A stretch of 64,000 bases of DNA. Origin: the human T2T-CHM13v2.0 reference genome, Homo sapiens. The DNA lies in NCBI RefSeq assembly GCF_009914755.1, contig NC_060948.1. One strand, given 5' to 3'. Position numbers and translations under genes: made by a program. Below are positions 34,932 through 49,946 of the stretch, piece after piece (positions within the stretch are counted from its first letter, which is position 1; each line of letters opens with the position of its first letter). The notes beneath the pieces were generated by a model. It did no database searches, was not told the DNA's origin, and was given only the letters and a program-made list of their open reading frames with translations.

Positions 34932-36349
34932 AGACACTGGGTGTCCTCACCAATACTGAGGTGGGCCTTAATATCCAGCCAGATTGCCTTCTGGAAACAC
35001 ACGGAATGTCCTGTTCTGTTTTGCCATCTCTTCACATTTCCTCCCCTGTGAGCCCTGTGTGGTCCTCCAGATTCCCTGTGCGGTGGCCTGCCTTTTTTGG
35101 GGTGGGGAGTTGCTGGGTGAATGAGGATGGCGGAGGGAACCAAGCATGTCAGTGGAGCGTGGTGTCATCCAAACGGTACTTAGCAGGCCTGGGAGAGTCA
35201 TTCTGGGAGGACGCAGACCTAGAGAGGCCTCAGGTGGGCATCTGTGTGGAGGGTGAGAGATCCCTGGTTGAGCCCAAACTGAACCCCAGGTAGAAGCAAG
35301 CCTCAGGACAGGGAAGTAGCTAGCAAGGGATGATGAGGCAGCTATCTCTTGACCCTGGCTTCCCACCCATTGACCTTAGCTACTTATGCCTATTAAGCAG
35401 ATTACGGTTCCCCCATCGTGAAATGTGGGTACCACAGTTCCCTGATGGGCATTTCTCCACCAGCCCATGATGGCCTGAGTTTCCTTACTGCAGTCTCCTC
35501 CCTGAGCCTTGGCTTCTCTATGTGTGTCCTAACTCCAGGACCCACAGGCCTGTCAACCCCCAGCCCTGGGCTGCTTCCCTGGCCTCTTCTCTGTTCCCTC
35601 TCTGAGGGCCTAACTCCCTTGGGTAGTGCTGCAGAATATAGAGCCACAGGCCCTGGCTGATGATCTGGTGGACTGGGCAAATTGGTCGTGACAGGTCAGG
35701 TTCTGGTTCAAAGCCAATTCCTCCGATGCCAAGGAATGTCGAAGAAGGTCCTTTGCCATGATGCCCCATAGCTGCCCCACCTCAGCAATCGTGCCGTAAC
35801 CTGGGCCCTCACAGTCAGACAACCAGCTGAAGAAGCTCAGGCAGTGACCTGCGGGAAACTCGGGCTTTCACCTGCATGACCCTAGAACCACTGGACTGCA
35901 GTGGAGCCAGTCGCCCTGTATCCTGGAGGGAGACGAGTCAGGAAGGCGCACGCCAGGCCCAGCTCCCGAGGTACTACCCCCTCTACTCCTCAGGGAGGAT
36001 GCCAACGCAATACTCCTTAGTCATCACTTTGTTTCCGAAGTAAATGTTGTGATGAAAGGCAAACTTCTTCCTACCCCTTGTATTCAGGGTGGCCGAGTTC
36101 CTCCACCTGCCTGTCCAAGAAGGAGAAACAGGGCTGTGAAGGGGCAATTTCATCTAGGTGGGCTGAGGTGGCATTCTAGCCGGGGTGAAGCATGCGTTTC
36201 CCCTTCCCAGCTTTCCCGCTGAGACACACCTGAGCCCCAGAAGGACCTCAACCTGACCAGGACCTTAGCACCCTCCCCCAGACCCAGGCTTTCCATCCTG
36301 ACCTGCAAATCCAACATGCAGCTTTGAAGGACTTTCTCATGGTTTCTGA
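34932..36349 (-). pseudogene. TSPY-family paralogue B, unit 2
   Basis: Copy of 14628-16045. Confidence 0.8.
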
Positions 36350-39147
36350 GCTCCTTGCTCTCACCAGAAAGAATCAGAACTTTTAAAGTGTTCTTTATGC
36401 CAACTTAAATTTTTCATTTTTACTACCTCATGTTTTGGATGAGGCATGTATTTTTAAATTTATTTTCACCCTTGTTGTACCTCTATGATAAACTGCTTGC
36501 TTACATTCATACCGTAATTATCTCTCAGGTTACTTGTCTGTTCCTAAAGATTCACTGAAACGAAGAATTCTATATATGCTTGTATCTTTCAGCAACCGTA
36601 TGTCAGATAGCACTGCACATTACTGCAGACATCGCATATACAGGTCCAAAGGTAGAGGAAGAAGAAGAAAGCAAGCGTTAAACTCTATTCATTCCTAAAA
36701 GCATATCAGAAACTCACAAATAACAGTGAAATCAAAGAATGATCACAGCCAATTCCATTACATACCTAGACTGAAATACGAAACTTCAAAGAAAAGAAAC
36801 ATTAGAACTTTGGGTTTGTAAAAATTTTCCTATATAGATAAAATTATTGGTAACTGTGTCTCACTAGAAAACGTAAACAAAAATCCATGTTTTTCATATT
36901 TGTAAATATACATAGTTTTATTTCCATCAGTTATGACATGCAAGCAAGTAATAAAGTGAAAGTACAATCAAATGATATATGGAACTTCCTCAGTCTTAAA
37001 ATATTCCATGGAGACTATCAATTTTATGAAAACTATAAAGAATGCTTCATGAAACTACATTGTACAGTGCCATTTACTATTTTACTGACATTTTAAATAA
37101 TCAACAATTAAAGGGAATACGTCAACATTATTTAATACCAATAACGTTATTTTTCTTGAGTAATCCTGTTGAAATTAAGGATTTTAAATAAAACATTAAA
37201 AACAAATTATATTGACTGATTTCAGCTTTGGATGAAATCATACTTGTGTATTTGTAGTAATGCGAAGCATAACTTTCTCCTCACAATTAATCTTTTATAA
37301 CATCGGTGTTATAGTTTTCTCTGACACCAACATTGTGATATCGCACAGGTTTACTGCATGCATGCATTACATGCCTCCAGAGAGTAGGCTTCAAATATAT
37401 GGAAAAATTATATTTATGAAAAAATTCTAGGAAAGGGAATGGTGAAATGGAAGAGAATTTCTCACTTGCTAACTGTTGGACATGGATTTGTATATATTTG
37501 GATATAGACACATACTGGCACACTGTGAGTTTGCCCATGTATATATACACTTATATGAGAAACCCATAATATATGGGTTGTGTAATCTTTTAATTAATCC
37601 ATAATTGTATGTGTGTGAAATTAGATAAGCGGTTACCTTTTCTTTACTCAATTTGATGGAAAGCCAAAAAACTCTGTCCACCTTCATTTCAATTAATCCA
37701 ATACTGTTAACTGCTGGTAGCTTCATTCTCCTTGTTCTCTTACGGCAACCGGAAAGTTAATTCTCGCTCTAATTTGGCTTTCAAGGTGCGATCAACAAGA
37801 GTGTCACCTTGCTGTGGATTGTGACCTCTGACTCCACCTCTGTCTTCCTTTTGCAGTCCTACCTTTGCATAGGTAACAAACTTTGTACATGGTTAAAAGG
37901 ATAAAAGTTCAGTGAAATGTCAAGCCATGCTGTGAAATGTTCCATAGTTTCTATATCTCTAATTGTCCTTTGATGTTATAGAGGCAAGAAAAATAATTCA
38001 ATGTTTTTCTTAGTATCTAGTCCAATGCACGCTTTCTTCATAATACTGCAAACAAGGCACTGACATGGAAACGTGGCTGGACGTCTCAAAATCTCTTCTC
38101 ATTAATTACCATTATGTTAATCACTGTTGCCCACAACTGGAATTGGACTTTGAAATCCCCTGGTGGAAATTGCTATAATGGCTCAAACTACTGGAAAGAC
38201 TATCTTTTTTTTACCTGAAAATATCTGATGAGCATAGACGTATGCTATATACAGGAACATATTGTACATTAACAACATACCATCACTGCCACTCAATAAT
38301 AGGTATCCCAAACCTTTGAGCCAAACTGAGCTCGGGTGCTCCCACAAACCAAGCTTTTCCCTCCACAGATTTCTTATGTCAAAAAGCCACAACTCCAGGC
38401 CAGGCTTCGTGGCTCTTGTTGTAATTTCTACATTTTGGGAGGCCGAGGTTGGTGGGTCACTTGAGGTCAGGAGTTGGAGACCAGCATGGGCAACATGGCA
38501 AAAAGCTGTCTCTACCAAAAATACAAAAATTAGCCAGACCTAGTGGCACTTTCCTGTGGTCCCAGCTACTTGGGAGGCTGAGGTAGGAGAACCACCTGAA
38601 CATGGGTGGCAGAGATTGTATAGTAAGCCAAGATCAGACTACTGCACTCCAGCCTGGATGACACAGCGAGACCATGAAAAAAAAAATAAAGGCAACTCCA
38701 CTCGTCCACTGGCTTAGGTAAAAAATACTGGAGTTGGCTGGGCTCGGTGGCTCACACCTGTATTCCCAGCACTTTGGATTTTGGGAAGCTGAGTCGGGCG
38801 GGTCACCTGAGATCTGTAGTAGGAGAGCAGCCTGGCCAACATGGTGAAGCCTGGCTTCTACTAAAAATACAAAACATTAGCTGAGCGTGGTGATGCATGC
38901 TTGTAATCCCAGCTACTGCAGAGGCTGAACCTGGGAGGCGGAGGATGTGTTGAGCTGAGATCCTGCCACTGCGCTCCAGCCTGGTCTACAGAGCGAGAGT
39001 ACCCTGTGAGAAACAAAGGTGAAGAGAACAAGAAAAAAAAATGAGAAAAATAAGACCCACTGCAAAAGGTTGCCACAGAAAAGATTAAACATTTCAGCAA
39101 CTTCTATCTTCTATCATGGAAGCCAAGGTTATTTGGACCAAACCTCC

Positions 39148-39500
39148 TGTCTTAGTTCATTTTCACGCTGCTGAAGAAGAGATACCTGAAACTGGGAATA
39201 AAAGGAGGTTTAATTGGACTGACAGTTCCACATGGCTGTGGAGGCCTCAGAATCATGGTATACGAATAAAGGCACTTCTTACATGGCAATGCCAAGAGAG
39301 AATGAGGAAGAACCTGAGGCAGAAACCCCTGAAAAACCCATCAGATCCCGTGAGACTTCTTCACTGTCACAAGAATAGCATGAGAAAGACCGACCCCCAT
39401 GATTCAATTACCTCCCCCTGGGTCCCACCCGCAACACGAGGGAATTCTGGGAGATACAATTGAAGCTGAGATTTGAATGGAGACACACCAAACCATGTCA
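39148..39500 (-). mobile_element. THE1 solo LTR, unit 2
   Basis: Copy of 18859-19211. Confidence 0.9.
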
Positions 39501-42500
39501 CTTCCCAAACAATTAAAAATTCCCAATAGAAGAAGCATTAATTATATCAAAAAGTGGTGGACCAAGAAGGAACTATTAGCCTCATATCTCAAGAAAGACT
39601 CCAGTCAAGGCCTAGGGACTACTCATGAAAAGAGTTTAATAGCCGACTCTCTCCCAGTGGATCTGGATTCCACCGGACTGTATCTTCACAGTAAGGGTGA
39701 AACAGAAGCAAACCCATTCCTATTTCCAAGCTCAAGGAACTTTGGTCAAAGTTCTCTTGGAGCTGAGCAGAACAAGGAGGCAAACAGAAAAGATTTGTGT
39801 CCCTGAGAAGTCATGGCCACAGGCTGGCTATCACACAGATTGTCAAGCCAGTTCCATATTGCATGGGTATTACAGAAAATCTCAAAACATAAATTTGTGT
39901 GTGGGTTGTCCCAGAGTAGCAGGATCTGGCAGAAGGAAATTTCCTTCTAACCCTCAAAGAATCCACATAAATCTTGTTACATTTGGGATTTTACGATTTG
40001 CTTCAGGAATGAGAATGGCCTTAATTTTCATATCTTTTTCTACACTCAGTTTATGGCTTGTTGGCGTCAAAGTTCTGCTTGCTTCACACAATGAGTTTAG
40101 GATTTTCCCTTTTTTATTCTATAGAATTCTTCATATATATTGAAATGCTCTGCCTGGGGAAAAAAATCTGAGCCTAGCGTTTTATCTCTAGGAAGAATCC
40201 TTTATTTCCTTGAACATTTATGAGACTATACAGATTATATATGTCTTCTTGTATCAATTTTACTAAGCTATATACATAGCTTATGTTTATATATTATATA
40301 TATAAATGTAAGATACAAATATAAAAATTATGTATAAATATGAAAATATATATAGAAAGCGATATATATGTCTATATATATAGACAGATTATAAATATCT
40401 GTCTATTTGATCTAAGTTTTCAAATTTGTAGGTTAAGGTGTTAATGATATTTCCTTATTAGCTTCTTAATCTATGCTGTATCTATGGTTGTGTACCTTTT
40501 AAATTCTTAGTTTTATCTATGTTTTCTCCCTTTTTTTCTAAACTTGACTGACGGTTGCATCATTTATTATATTTCTCCAACAAGCAAAGGTTAGCTTTGT
40601 ATGTTTTACTAATTTTGTCTACATCATTATTCCCACACTTTAGTTTTTCAGAATTGATTCTGTTGTTTCTTTTCTAATTCTTTATTGAAATATCTAGTAC
40701 ATTAATTTTCAAGTTATTAGAGAAATATTTGTCTGTAAACTCCTATTGTAATATCACTTTTCTTGCTACTCACAGATTTAATCTTTAATATTGGCGGTAT
40801 CATTGAGTTCTAAGTACATTTCAATTCCTAGTATGATAATCTATGAATTGCTGAGAAATAGTGTTTACAATTTTGTTGTTCTATTTCCACTTAAGTTTAT
40901 TTTTACTTCTGCTAACTCAATTGAAAATTCTTTACTAATTTTTAAAATCCTTGAACCCAAGAGATGGAGGTTGCAGTGAGCTGAGATCAGGCCACTGCAT
41001 TCCAGACTGAGTGACAGAGTGGAACGAGATTTCAAAACAAAACAAAACAAAACAAAACAAAACAGTCACTGGAAAGATAATAAAATACATAAATGTGGGA
41101 TGTAATATGTAATCGTGATAAAATAAACTGGATTTTTTGTATAAGTTATACATATAAATGTAATGCCAAGACACTGATAAGACAACTCATGGTCTTATCT
41201 CAATACTTAGTGTCTTCATGTAACATATGTCCTTTAGGATAGTTATAGTCCGTTTTCTTTCCAGGAGAGACAGATGAGAATGCAGAAATGTTAAAGTGCA
41301 AGGGACGGAAGCTTCCAGCTGTGCCCACCTGTAACCTGACGTAGACAGTTCCACCGTTTGCTTCATTAATCATGCCAAAGGCTCTAATGCAAATGTGGTA
41401 CAGAGTCACATGTTTTTGTATCTACATGATAGAAACTATAACTTCATCCCTATATAGAAGGGTATATAGCATATGCCTCAGTGATAAATATAAGTGAATC
41501 ATTGATCAGTAGGAAACCATTTTAAAAGTCTTTCATAACAGAACAAAATCCCTGAAAACATTTTCTTCTCAATCTCTGAGTTTTCTTACACGGCTTATGA
41601 ATCTCTAGCCATACTAAAGAGATAGTATGCTGCTCTTCCCACAAATTATTCATTGTATATAATTCCTGTAATCTAATAACAGTACCTTTACACCTCAGGG
41701 TTTAAAATGACTCCAACCTTTTTCTGTTTCTCCAATTAAAATAACTTTTTTAAGGTTTAATCTTCAGTAATTTTTTGTAGTAATATTTTTGAAGGTATTT
41801 GACCAGGATGATTTGCTTATATACCTACCTGACGTCTCCCTTTCTTCTGAATACATATTTTATTACCCACCTATTAGATCTAAGTTTAAGAAGTTGGAAT
41901 AGGGATTTAAATCTAAATTCTACATTTGAATTTACAGGAGTCAGCGAGTCCGGGAAGTGCCTTTATGCACAGACCAATATCTGGCAATGGCACTAGGAGA
42001 CAAATAAGCTTTACCAGTCTCAAAGCCCTGGCTACTACAGTGAATCCACCCTTCTCCTGGATCTTATCTACTTCAGCAAAAGAAGGCCACCCACTAAACC
42101 AGGCCCTTGTACTTTGGGTGGAAACTCCTAAGTCCTCTAGTCTCCTCAAACAGACAGCCAGGCTGCCAATTTCCACAATAATAATTTCTATAGCACTGAG
42201 TCTTTGGTAGCCTTGTAACTATAGCTACTGATGCTACAGTCTGGTCCCTGTATGATAAAACACCAGAGCAACAGAAACAAAAATATTGACTGAAGCCTTC
42301 TAAAATCTCTCTAAATATACCTTCAATAAATATGGTTTTTTTTACAGAACGACTGCTTTCAGCTTCCTGAACTAACGCTTGGCCTTCGCTAGTTGTCACT
42401 GTTGAAATTGATTCAAAAGTGTACATTTAACATGAAAGTCAACACAGAATTTCATGTGTCAGCAACTAAAATTTTCAAAATGTTGCAAAATACAAATGTG

Positions 42501-42722
42501 AAACTGTATTTGTGAAATTTACCATTCATTGAAATTATATTTTCATACCTACCCAGGCACAGAATTTTTTATAACTGTCTGCATGTTCTCCTCATGTGGG
42601 GGAAAAGCAGCATCAGCAGGCAGAGGAATCCTTTGAAGCTGGAGGGAGAGGTTGCAGTGATCTGAGAGTTTGCCACTTGACTGCAGCCTGGATGACACAG
42701 TGAGACTCCAACTGAAAAGAAA

Positions 42723-42765
<43 letters not shown>

Positions 42766-42837
42766 AAAATTGATAAGTAAAAAAAAAATCCATATTCGAA
42801 AACATGCTCACAGGCTATCTCCCATATCTAACACACA

Positions 42838-42877
<40 letters not shown>

Positions 42878-43299
42878 TCCTTGAAAACGAAAGTTCCACA
42901 AGGGCAAAAGAAGAAAACAAATTTAACACCCCCCAAAGAAAGTACAAAGAGTAACCTCAAAAGAACCGCAGGGGAAAACAATTCAAAATTTACAAGTATC
43001 TACCCTAAAAGAAGCTGAAAGTCCCTCAAAAACTTTCCAGAGGCCATGTCCTTGTATTACAAAAATGATCATAAAAACTGGCAGGAGTAGACGAATAGAA
43101 ATGCATCTTAAAACTTGCTAAACCCTTCAAGTCTCCCATAAGAATTGTAATGGAAAATGGATCGGTCGGCAGCTTTTTCCATACAATTATGAACAAATTA
43201 TATTTCTTCATACATAGATTTGTTTTTTCAATATTCTAAGGAATTAACTTTTATATTAATAGTAGGTGATGTAAGAAAGCAGGCCTTTATCAAGATAAC

Positions 43300-46200
43300 T
43301 GACACTGGATGTCCATACCATTACTCAGGTGGGCCTTAATTCCCAGCCGGGTTCCCTCCCTGGACACACACTGAAGGTCCCCAGCCATTTGGCAATCTCT
43401 TCACATTCCCAGCCCTGGAGGTAGCCCTAAAATACATGTACCTGAAGAAAATAAAACATTGCCTCACACTGGAGCCCAGTGTGGTCCTCCAGATTCCGTG
43501 TGAGGTGTACTAACTTATATGGGAAGGCAGGGCAGCGGGAGTGAGGATGGCAGAGAGGATTACACATGTCAAGGCAGCCGGGGTCATGGAAACAAAACAT
43601 GACTGGCCTGGGAGAAACACTGTGAAAGGACACAGACCTAGGTGGGCCTCAGGTGGACATCCTCATGGAGAAAAAGGGGGCCCTGGTTGATCTCAAAATG
43701 AGCCCCAGGTGGTAGCAGGTCTTACCGCAGGGCAGGGAGCTGGCGAGTAATGATGAGACAGCTATCCCTTAAGCCCTGCTTGTCACCCACTGACTTTAGC
43801 CACATATGCATCATAGTGGCTTAAGGTGCCCCGATCCTGAAATGTGGGTGTTACATGTCCCTGATGGGCCTCTCTCCCCCAACCCACGGATTGCCTGGGA
43901 TTGCTCACTGCAGTCTCCTCCCGGATCCTTGGGTTCTCCATGTGGGGCCCAGATCCAGGTCAAAAGGCCTCTCAGTTCCCAGCCCTTCCCAGCCCTAGGC
44001 TGCTCGCCTGGCCTCCTCTCTGTTCCGCCTCTAGGGCTGACCCTCTCTCCATGGGATAGAACTGCAATGGATTGAGCCATAGGCCCTGGCTGATGATCTA
44101 GGGGACTGCAGAAGTGGGTCCAGGACAGTTCAGGTGACAGTTCAAAGCCAATTCCCCAGAGACCAAGGAATGACCAGCTAGGTCCTTTCCCATGATGCCC
44201 CACGGCGAACCCCACCTCAGCAATCCTGCCAAAACCCGGGCAGTCATGTTCAGCCAAACAGCTGAATGAGCTCAGGTAGGAGGTGTACTGCCTGCAGCTG
44301 GAGGCTTGACCTTCGTGATCCCAGAACCGCTGGACTGCAGTGGAATGAGACACCCTGTAGCCTGCAGGGAGAGGAGTCAGGAAGGTTCATGCCAGTCCCA
44401 CCCTCCCACACACCAGCTCCCCTACCATGCTGGGAGGCATTCCTTACCGAGGATGCCAACACAGTGCTCCTTCATGATGATTTCACTGTGGAAATAAAGG
44501 TTGGGATGAAAGGAAATCATCCTGCCACCGGTAACCGGGATGGCTGAGTTCCTCCACCTGCCGGATCAAGGAGAAAGAGGATGGATTCAATGGGACCATC
44601 TCAACTAGCCGGGCTGAGGTGGCCTACTAGCTGTAGTGAACCATGAGTTTCCCCTTCCCAGCTCTCCCACTGAGACAACCCTGGTCCCCAGGGGGACCTC
44701 AAACTGACTCAGACACTGGACTCCTCCCACAGACCCAGGCTCCCCAGCCTGACCTGCAAATCCATCACGTAGCAAAGCAGGACTTCCGCATGCTTTCCGA
44801 CCCACGCCGACATCTCGTGTGCCAAACAATCTACCTCTGCGCAAGAACTCTCCAGAGGATTGGGTGGGCAAGCCTCGTGACGCCTTGCAATTTCGCAAGA
44901 ACACAGACAATGTGGAACAGGGCCATCTCCCAGACATTTGGCCAGTCACCCTTCATTGTTGGCCCTCTATCTCTGTCTGGCGAGGAGGCAACGCCACAAC
45001 TGTGGTGGTTTTTGGAGTGGGTGGACCCCGGCCAAGACGGCCTGGGCTGACCAGAGACGGGAGGCAGAAAAAGTGGGCAGGTGGTTGCAGCTGAGGGACG
45101 GGAGGGACCGGGGGTGGTGTGAGGCGGCTGCTTCTCTGAGTTTCTGAGATGCAGGAGGCCTTTGTGTGCTGGGTGCTGGACATGCTCCGCTGATGTCCGG
45201 GTGTGTGGTGTCCTCTTATCCTAGTCTCCCTGAGGGGTGGGCCTGTCCACCTGAGGGAAGCCTTGTAGTTAGAAGCCACAGCAGGGTCGTGCCTGGCGCT
45301 CTCCAAGGGAATTGCGTGGGTCCAGAGGAAGTTATACAGGCTCAGGGCCTACACGCCTTTGAGTGCAGCGCCTGCAGTTGGATGAATGCGCATCTGCGGA
45401 GCTGGTGCCCGCCGTCAGGTGGTCGGCAGCCCCATGCGCCGCGAACCCGTCTTAAGCACCTTGTGTTTCTGGGGTGAGCCTGCTGGAAACAGGCACCGAG
45501 AGCAGGGGTGGTTCAATGGCTGGTAATGGCATACAGATTCCCCGTCCTCCAGGGACGTTCCCAGGGAAACGCGTCCTTCGAATTTGGGCTGTGCGCAAAG
45601 GGACCTTGGCGCCGCGATTCTCCCTTGTCAGTGCTGGCCCTGGCTCCCCTTCCCTACCACGTGCTCCCAGGGCTGCTACAAGCGAGCTGCCCTCACAGCT
45701 GCGGGAACGTGGCCTCGGCTCCCACGCTGTCCCCCATCCCCTGCCTCCTGGCTGACCCCACGTGCCTCCCACCTGGCTCCTCCCCCCAAACAGCCCCCAT
45801 ACCCCCCGAGGCCCGATGACTATCCCCTGCTGCCCGCCATCCCAAATCGGCAGCCGCAAGGATATGGCTCTGGCTCACAAGGCGGAGATGCTCTGTGGCC
45901 TGGGGCATTCACGGAGCCCAGCTCCAAGTGAAGGACCTCCAGTGAGTCCATTGACGGCCCCGGTGTGCTCGGTCCAGGGCCAGGCTGTGCCCGCTGGCCC
46001 TCCTTCTGCCACCCCACGTCGGGCTCCACCTCAACCACCACCTCCACCTCAGCCATGATGTCTTCCACCTTCAGCACCGCCTCCTCTTCCAAGGCCGCCT
46101 CCTTGCTCTGTACCCCGGCCGTCCTCTCCAGCATTGCCTCCAGCCTGAACACGGTTTTCTCCTGGGTGCTCCCACAGACCCTGGGCCTGCGCAGCCCAGC

Positions 46201-46301
46201 CCAGCCCAGCCCATGCCCCGCACCCGTAGGCTCTGGGGGCCCGCTCCCCAGCAGACCCGCTCCCTGCAAGACCCACGGGCGTCGCCCTGCTGTGAACCTG
46301 G
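43300..46301 (-). pseudogene. FAM197Y: TSPY-family paralogue A, unit 3; exon homologues ~46301-45803, 44830-44754, 44557-44448, 44361-44216, 44097-44008
   Basis: Copy of 2699-5700. Confidence 0.8.
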
Positions 46302-47900
46302 TCCCACACCTACGTGGACCCAGGTTTCCTGAGGAGCTCCGCTGGACCCGCAGATCCCGCACTGGCCAAAGGGCTCCGGTCCCCAGCAGGCTCAACTGCG
46401 CACAGGAGCTCGGGAGCCAGAGGCCCCGGCCCTGGGCTTGCAGAGCCCCACCAACAGGCACCGCAACCGCTGCTGCGGGTGCGGGAGCCTCTGGGTCGTC
46501 AAGGCAGCGCACAACAGCGTGTGTGCAGGCCGACAATGGCCAACCCTGGCGGCTGGCCTCTGGTGTGCCCAGGGCATAGGACAAGAGGCCCTTTGGAATG
46601 CTCCTTGGAGTACAGCATCCTCAGGGAGGAAGCATGGTACTCGGAGCCTCTATTTGCCTCGACCTGTGAGAGTGTGTGCCGGGGCTCTGGCCTCTACAGC
46701 AGATCAATTCCACCTCAGCACCGGCAGGCGACTTTCCTCCCACGTGCCCGCCCCGATCACTTCCCCCAGGACACCCCTGCCGCCCTAGCCCCAGCAACCA
46801 GAGAGAGTTCTCTGCATCTGCTGTATTACCTCCGTACCATCTACCTGGCCTGCCTAACGAAGAGAGATGTTTCCTGTGTTCATGACACATAGAGATGTTC
46901 ATGGCTTGCCACACTGAGGATGTCAGGGCACAGGGCTGCCATGCCCACAGTTCCAAAGGCCACGCAGCCCGCGTGTGCCCGGATGCCTAGCTACCCGGCA
47001 CAAGCTCCAAGGGCTTCTCGGAGGAGGCTTGGGCAGGGAAGGCGGGGGGTGGGGGGGCTGGAGATGCAGGCCCGCCAGTGGCTGTGCCGCCCAGGGAGAC
47101 GCCCACCGCCCTCCCATTGACTGGCCACGACGGGAGGAAGTCGGCCTGGGTGCGGCCCCCCGGCCCTTCGCGCGCAGTCCCTTAGGGGGCGCCTGGAAGC
47201 CCGGCGCATGCGCCCTGAGGGCTCGCTGACCTACCGGGTGCCAGAGAGGCTGCGGCAGGGTTTCTGTGGCGTGGGTCGGGCAGCACAGGCCTTGGTGTGT
47301 GCGAGTGCCAAGGAGGGCACCGCCTTCAGGATGGAGGCTGTACAGGAGGGGGCGGCCGGGGTGGAGAGTGAGCAGGCGGCTTTGGGGGAGGAGGCGGTGC
47401 TGCTGTTGGATGACATAATGGCGGAGGTGGAGGTGGTGGCGGAGGAGGAGGGCCTCGTGGAGCGGCGGGAGGAGGCCCAGCGGGCACAGCAGGCTGTGCC
47501 TGGCCCTGGGCCCATGACCCCAGAGTCTGCACTGGAGGAGCTGCTGGCCGTTCAGGTGGAGCTGGAGCCGGTTAATGCCCAAGCCAGGAAGGCCTTTTCT
47601 CGGCAGCGGGAAAAGATGGAGCGGAGGCGCAAGCCCCAGCTAGACCGCAGAGGCGCCGTCATCCAGAGCGTCCCTGGCTTCTGGGCCAATGTTGTATCCT
47701 TCTCAGTGTTTCTTCGGCCTTTCTAGTGGAGAGGTGCTCTCGGGGAAGTGTAAGTGACCGATGGGCAGCTCGGCGTCGATGTGACTCTTTGGGGAACAAA
47801 GGGGAGTTGCCACGGACCAATGTGGCTGTGGAAAGCCGGAGCAGGCGTGGGTACTATTGTCCTGCATGCGGCAGAGAAACCCTTGGTGATGCCGAGCAGC
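45380..47900. promoter_or_regulatory. CpG island / TSPY promoter, unit 3
   Basis: Copy of 4780-7300. Confidence 0.8.
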
Positions 47901-49770
47901 AGACGTTTGGGGCATCTTTTTGAAGAGCAGAAGCGAGTTCAGAGCGGAAGAGGTTTTTCAGTGAATGAAGCTATTTTTAAGGGAGTGTGATTGCTGCCCC
48001 TTGCTAGTCCGATCTGGGACTGGGCGTCTTCGGCTATAAGCAGATTCTGCCACTCCTCAGACACCAGCAAGTCTCTGCAAATCGCGCCTCCCCATGTCAG
48101 TGCAGTCAGCCTCAGAATCATACACCCTCTGTGAACACAGGAGGCCTTAGTTTACGGGGAGGGGGAGGCGAAAGGAGATCATACATGGAAGCAGATCTGA
48201 GAAATCCCCTACCCCAGCCTCTGGGTGCTCTTAGGCCTTCTTCCCTGTTGCTCCTCGCTTTCCCTTCCATCGTGTGTAAAGTCTCTTTGACCTAAATCAG
48301 ATTGCAAACCACCCCCAGATGTCAGCCCTGATCACTGACGAAGATGAAGACATGCTGAGCTACATGGTCAGCCTGGAGGTGAGGCCAGGAAGACTGGGGC
48401 TAGAGGGTTTAGCGGGGGAGGGTAAGGGAAATAATTCATTCCTGTAAGCAAGAGTGAGCACCTCACCCGAAAACCTATCTAAGCTTTCTCCACCTTGTCC
48501 TGACAGGTGGAAGAAGAGAAGCATCCTGTTCATCTCTGCAAGATCATGTTGTTCTTTCGGAGTAACCCCTACTTCCAGAATAAAGTGATTACCAAGGAAT
48601 ATCTGGTGAACATCACAGGTGACAGGTGGCTCCCAGGATGGGTAGTGGAAGGAAGATGGTGGGTGGATCATTGCCAACGGGATCCAGCCCCCTTCCCACA
48701 AAAACTCCTGTCTCTGTAGAATACAGGGCTTCTCATTCCACTCCAATTGAGTGGTATCCGGATTATGAAGTGGAGGCGTATCGCCGCAGACACCACAACA
48801 GCAGCCTTAACTTCTTCAACTGGTTCTCTGACCACAACTTCGCAGGATCTAACAAGATTGCTGAGGTGAGTCCTCACTGGGAAACATGAGGAATGACCCC
48901 GTGTGTTCCCAGCTGCTTGGGTCACCTTTCTGAGCCCTGATGAGGCCTTTCCCGATTGAGTCCCCTGACAGATCCTATGTAAGGACCTGTGGCGCAATCC
49001 CCTGCAATACTACAAGAGGATGAAGCCACCTGAAGAGGGAACAGAGACGTCAGGTGAGCCGTTAGTTGGCACTGGAGCTGTTTGATGCCCAGTATAAGGG
49101 GGTTGACACACCTGCCTATTCAGGGAGCCTGGGTGCTCATTTCAGAAATGTAGAAATTGAGGCTCCTTTCGTACATGTAGAAATTCCTTGAGAGGAAGAC
49201 AGAGAGTGACAGAATCCAGGACGTTCATGGCATTGGGCTGAAAAGGCACGTTAGAGACTGCACTGCAAAGCGGGTGATAGCTGTGGAGTCTTAAGCCCAG
49301 TGAAGAATCGTCCATTTCCAGAATCAATGAGAAGTAAAGCTGAAAATCATTCAGTTCAGTCTGTGGCACTTGATTCCACGGCTGTCAACCCCACCGGCAG
49401 TCATCCCACCAACCCCATGAGATTGGGCTCCCTGAATGTGCGTCCTGGTCATCCTTGCCCCAAACCACAAAGGACTGTTTAGATTGATGGATTTCCTTAA
49501 GCTGTTGCCCCATCAGACTTGTGTGTGCTTTTAGGGCCCAGTGCATCTTGTTAGCTGACTCCCCTCACAGACAATACTGGGAATGGGGCAGGGATTGCGC
49601 AGAACAGTTTGTAACACGTGGTAGGAGGAAGTTTAAGGGATCACAAATGGGGAAGGGATATCCTTTTCTCAGCGGGCCCCACAATTGAAACATTTCAAAG
49701 TATGGCTCAGAGAAAATGCGTTTTAACATGAGTTTGTGTTTCTCTAGGGGACTCCCAGTTGTTGAGTTGA
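47208..49770 (+). CDS. TSPY: TSPY copy 3, 308 aa; coding exons 47208-47693, 48301-48378, 48507-48618, 48720-48865, 48972-49053, 49748-49770
   Basis: Same exon structure, intact frame, GT-AG junctions checked. Confidence 0.96.
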
Positions 49771-49940
49771 ATATGATGGAGCATCAGATTTTACCTAATA
49801 CAGCAGAACTCCTAAAAAGTTACAGCCATATGCAGGACGGCAGTACTCAGCATGGTCTTATGCACAGGAACTAAAGGAAAAAGAGATCGAGTCACAAAAA
49901 TTCAGGAAGAGGGGGTAAATGTGGATTGTATGGAATGAAA

Positions 49941-49946
49941 AATAAA
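49941..49946 (+). terminator. TSPY polyadenylation signal, copy 3
   Basis: AATAAA in the same context as copy 1. Confidence 0.8.

Larger units (their letters stand above)
20318..40606 (+). repeat. TSPY/DYZ5 tandem array unit 2 (20,289 bp)
   Basis: Near-identical direct copy of unit 1; differences are SNVs and microsatellite or small indels. Confidence 0.97.
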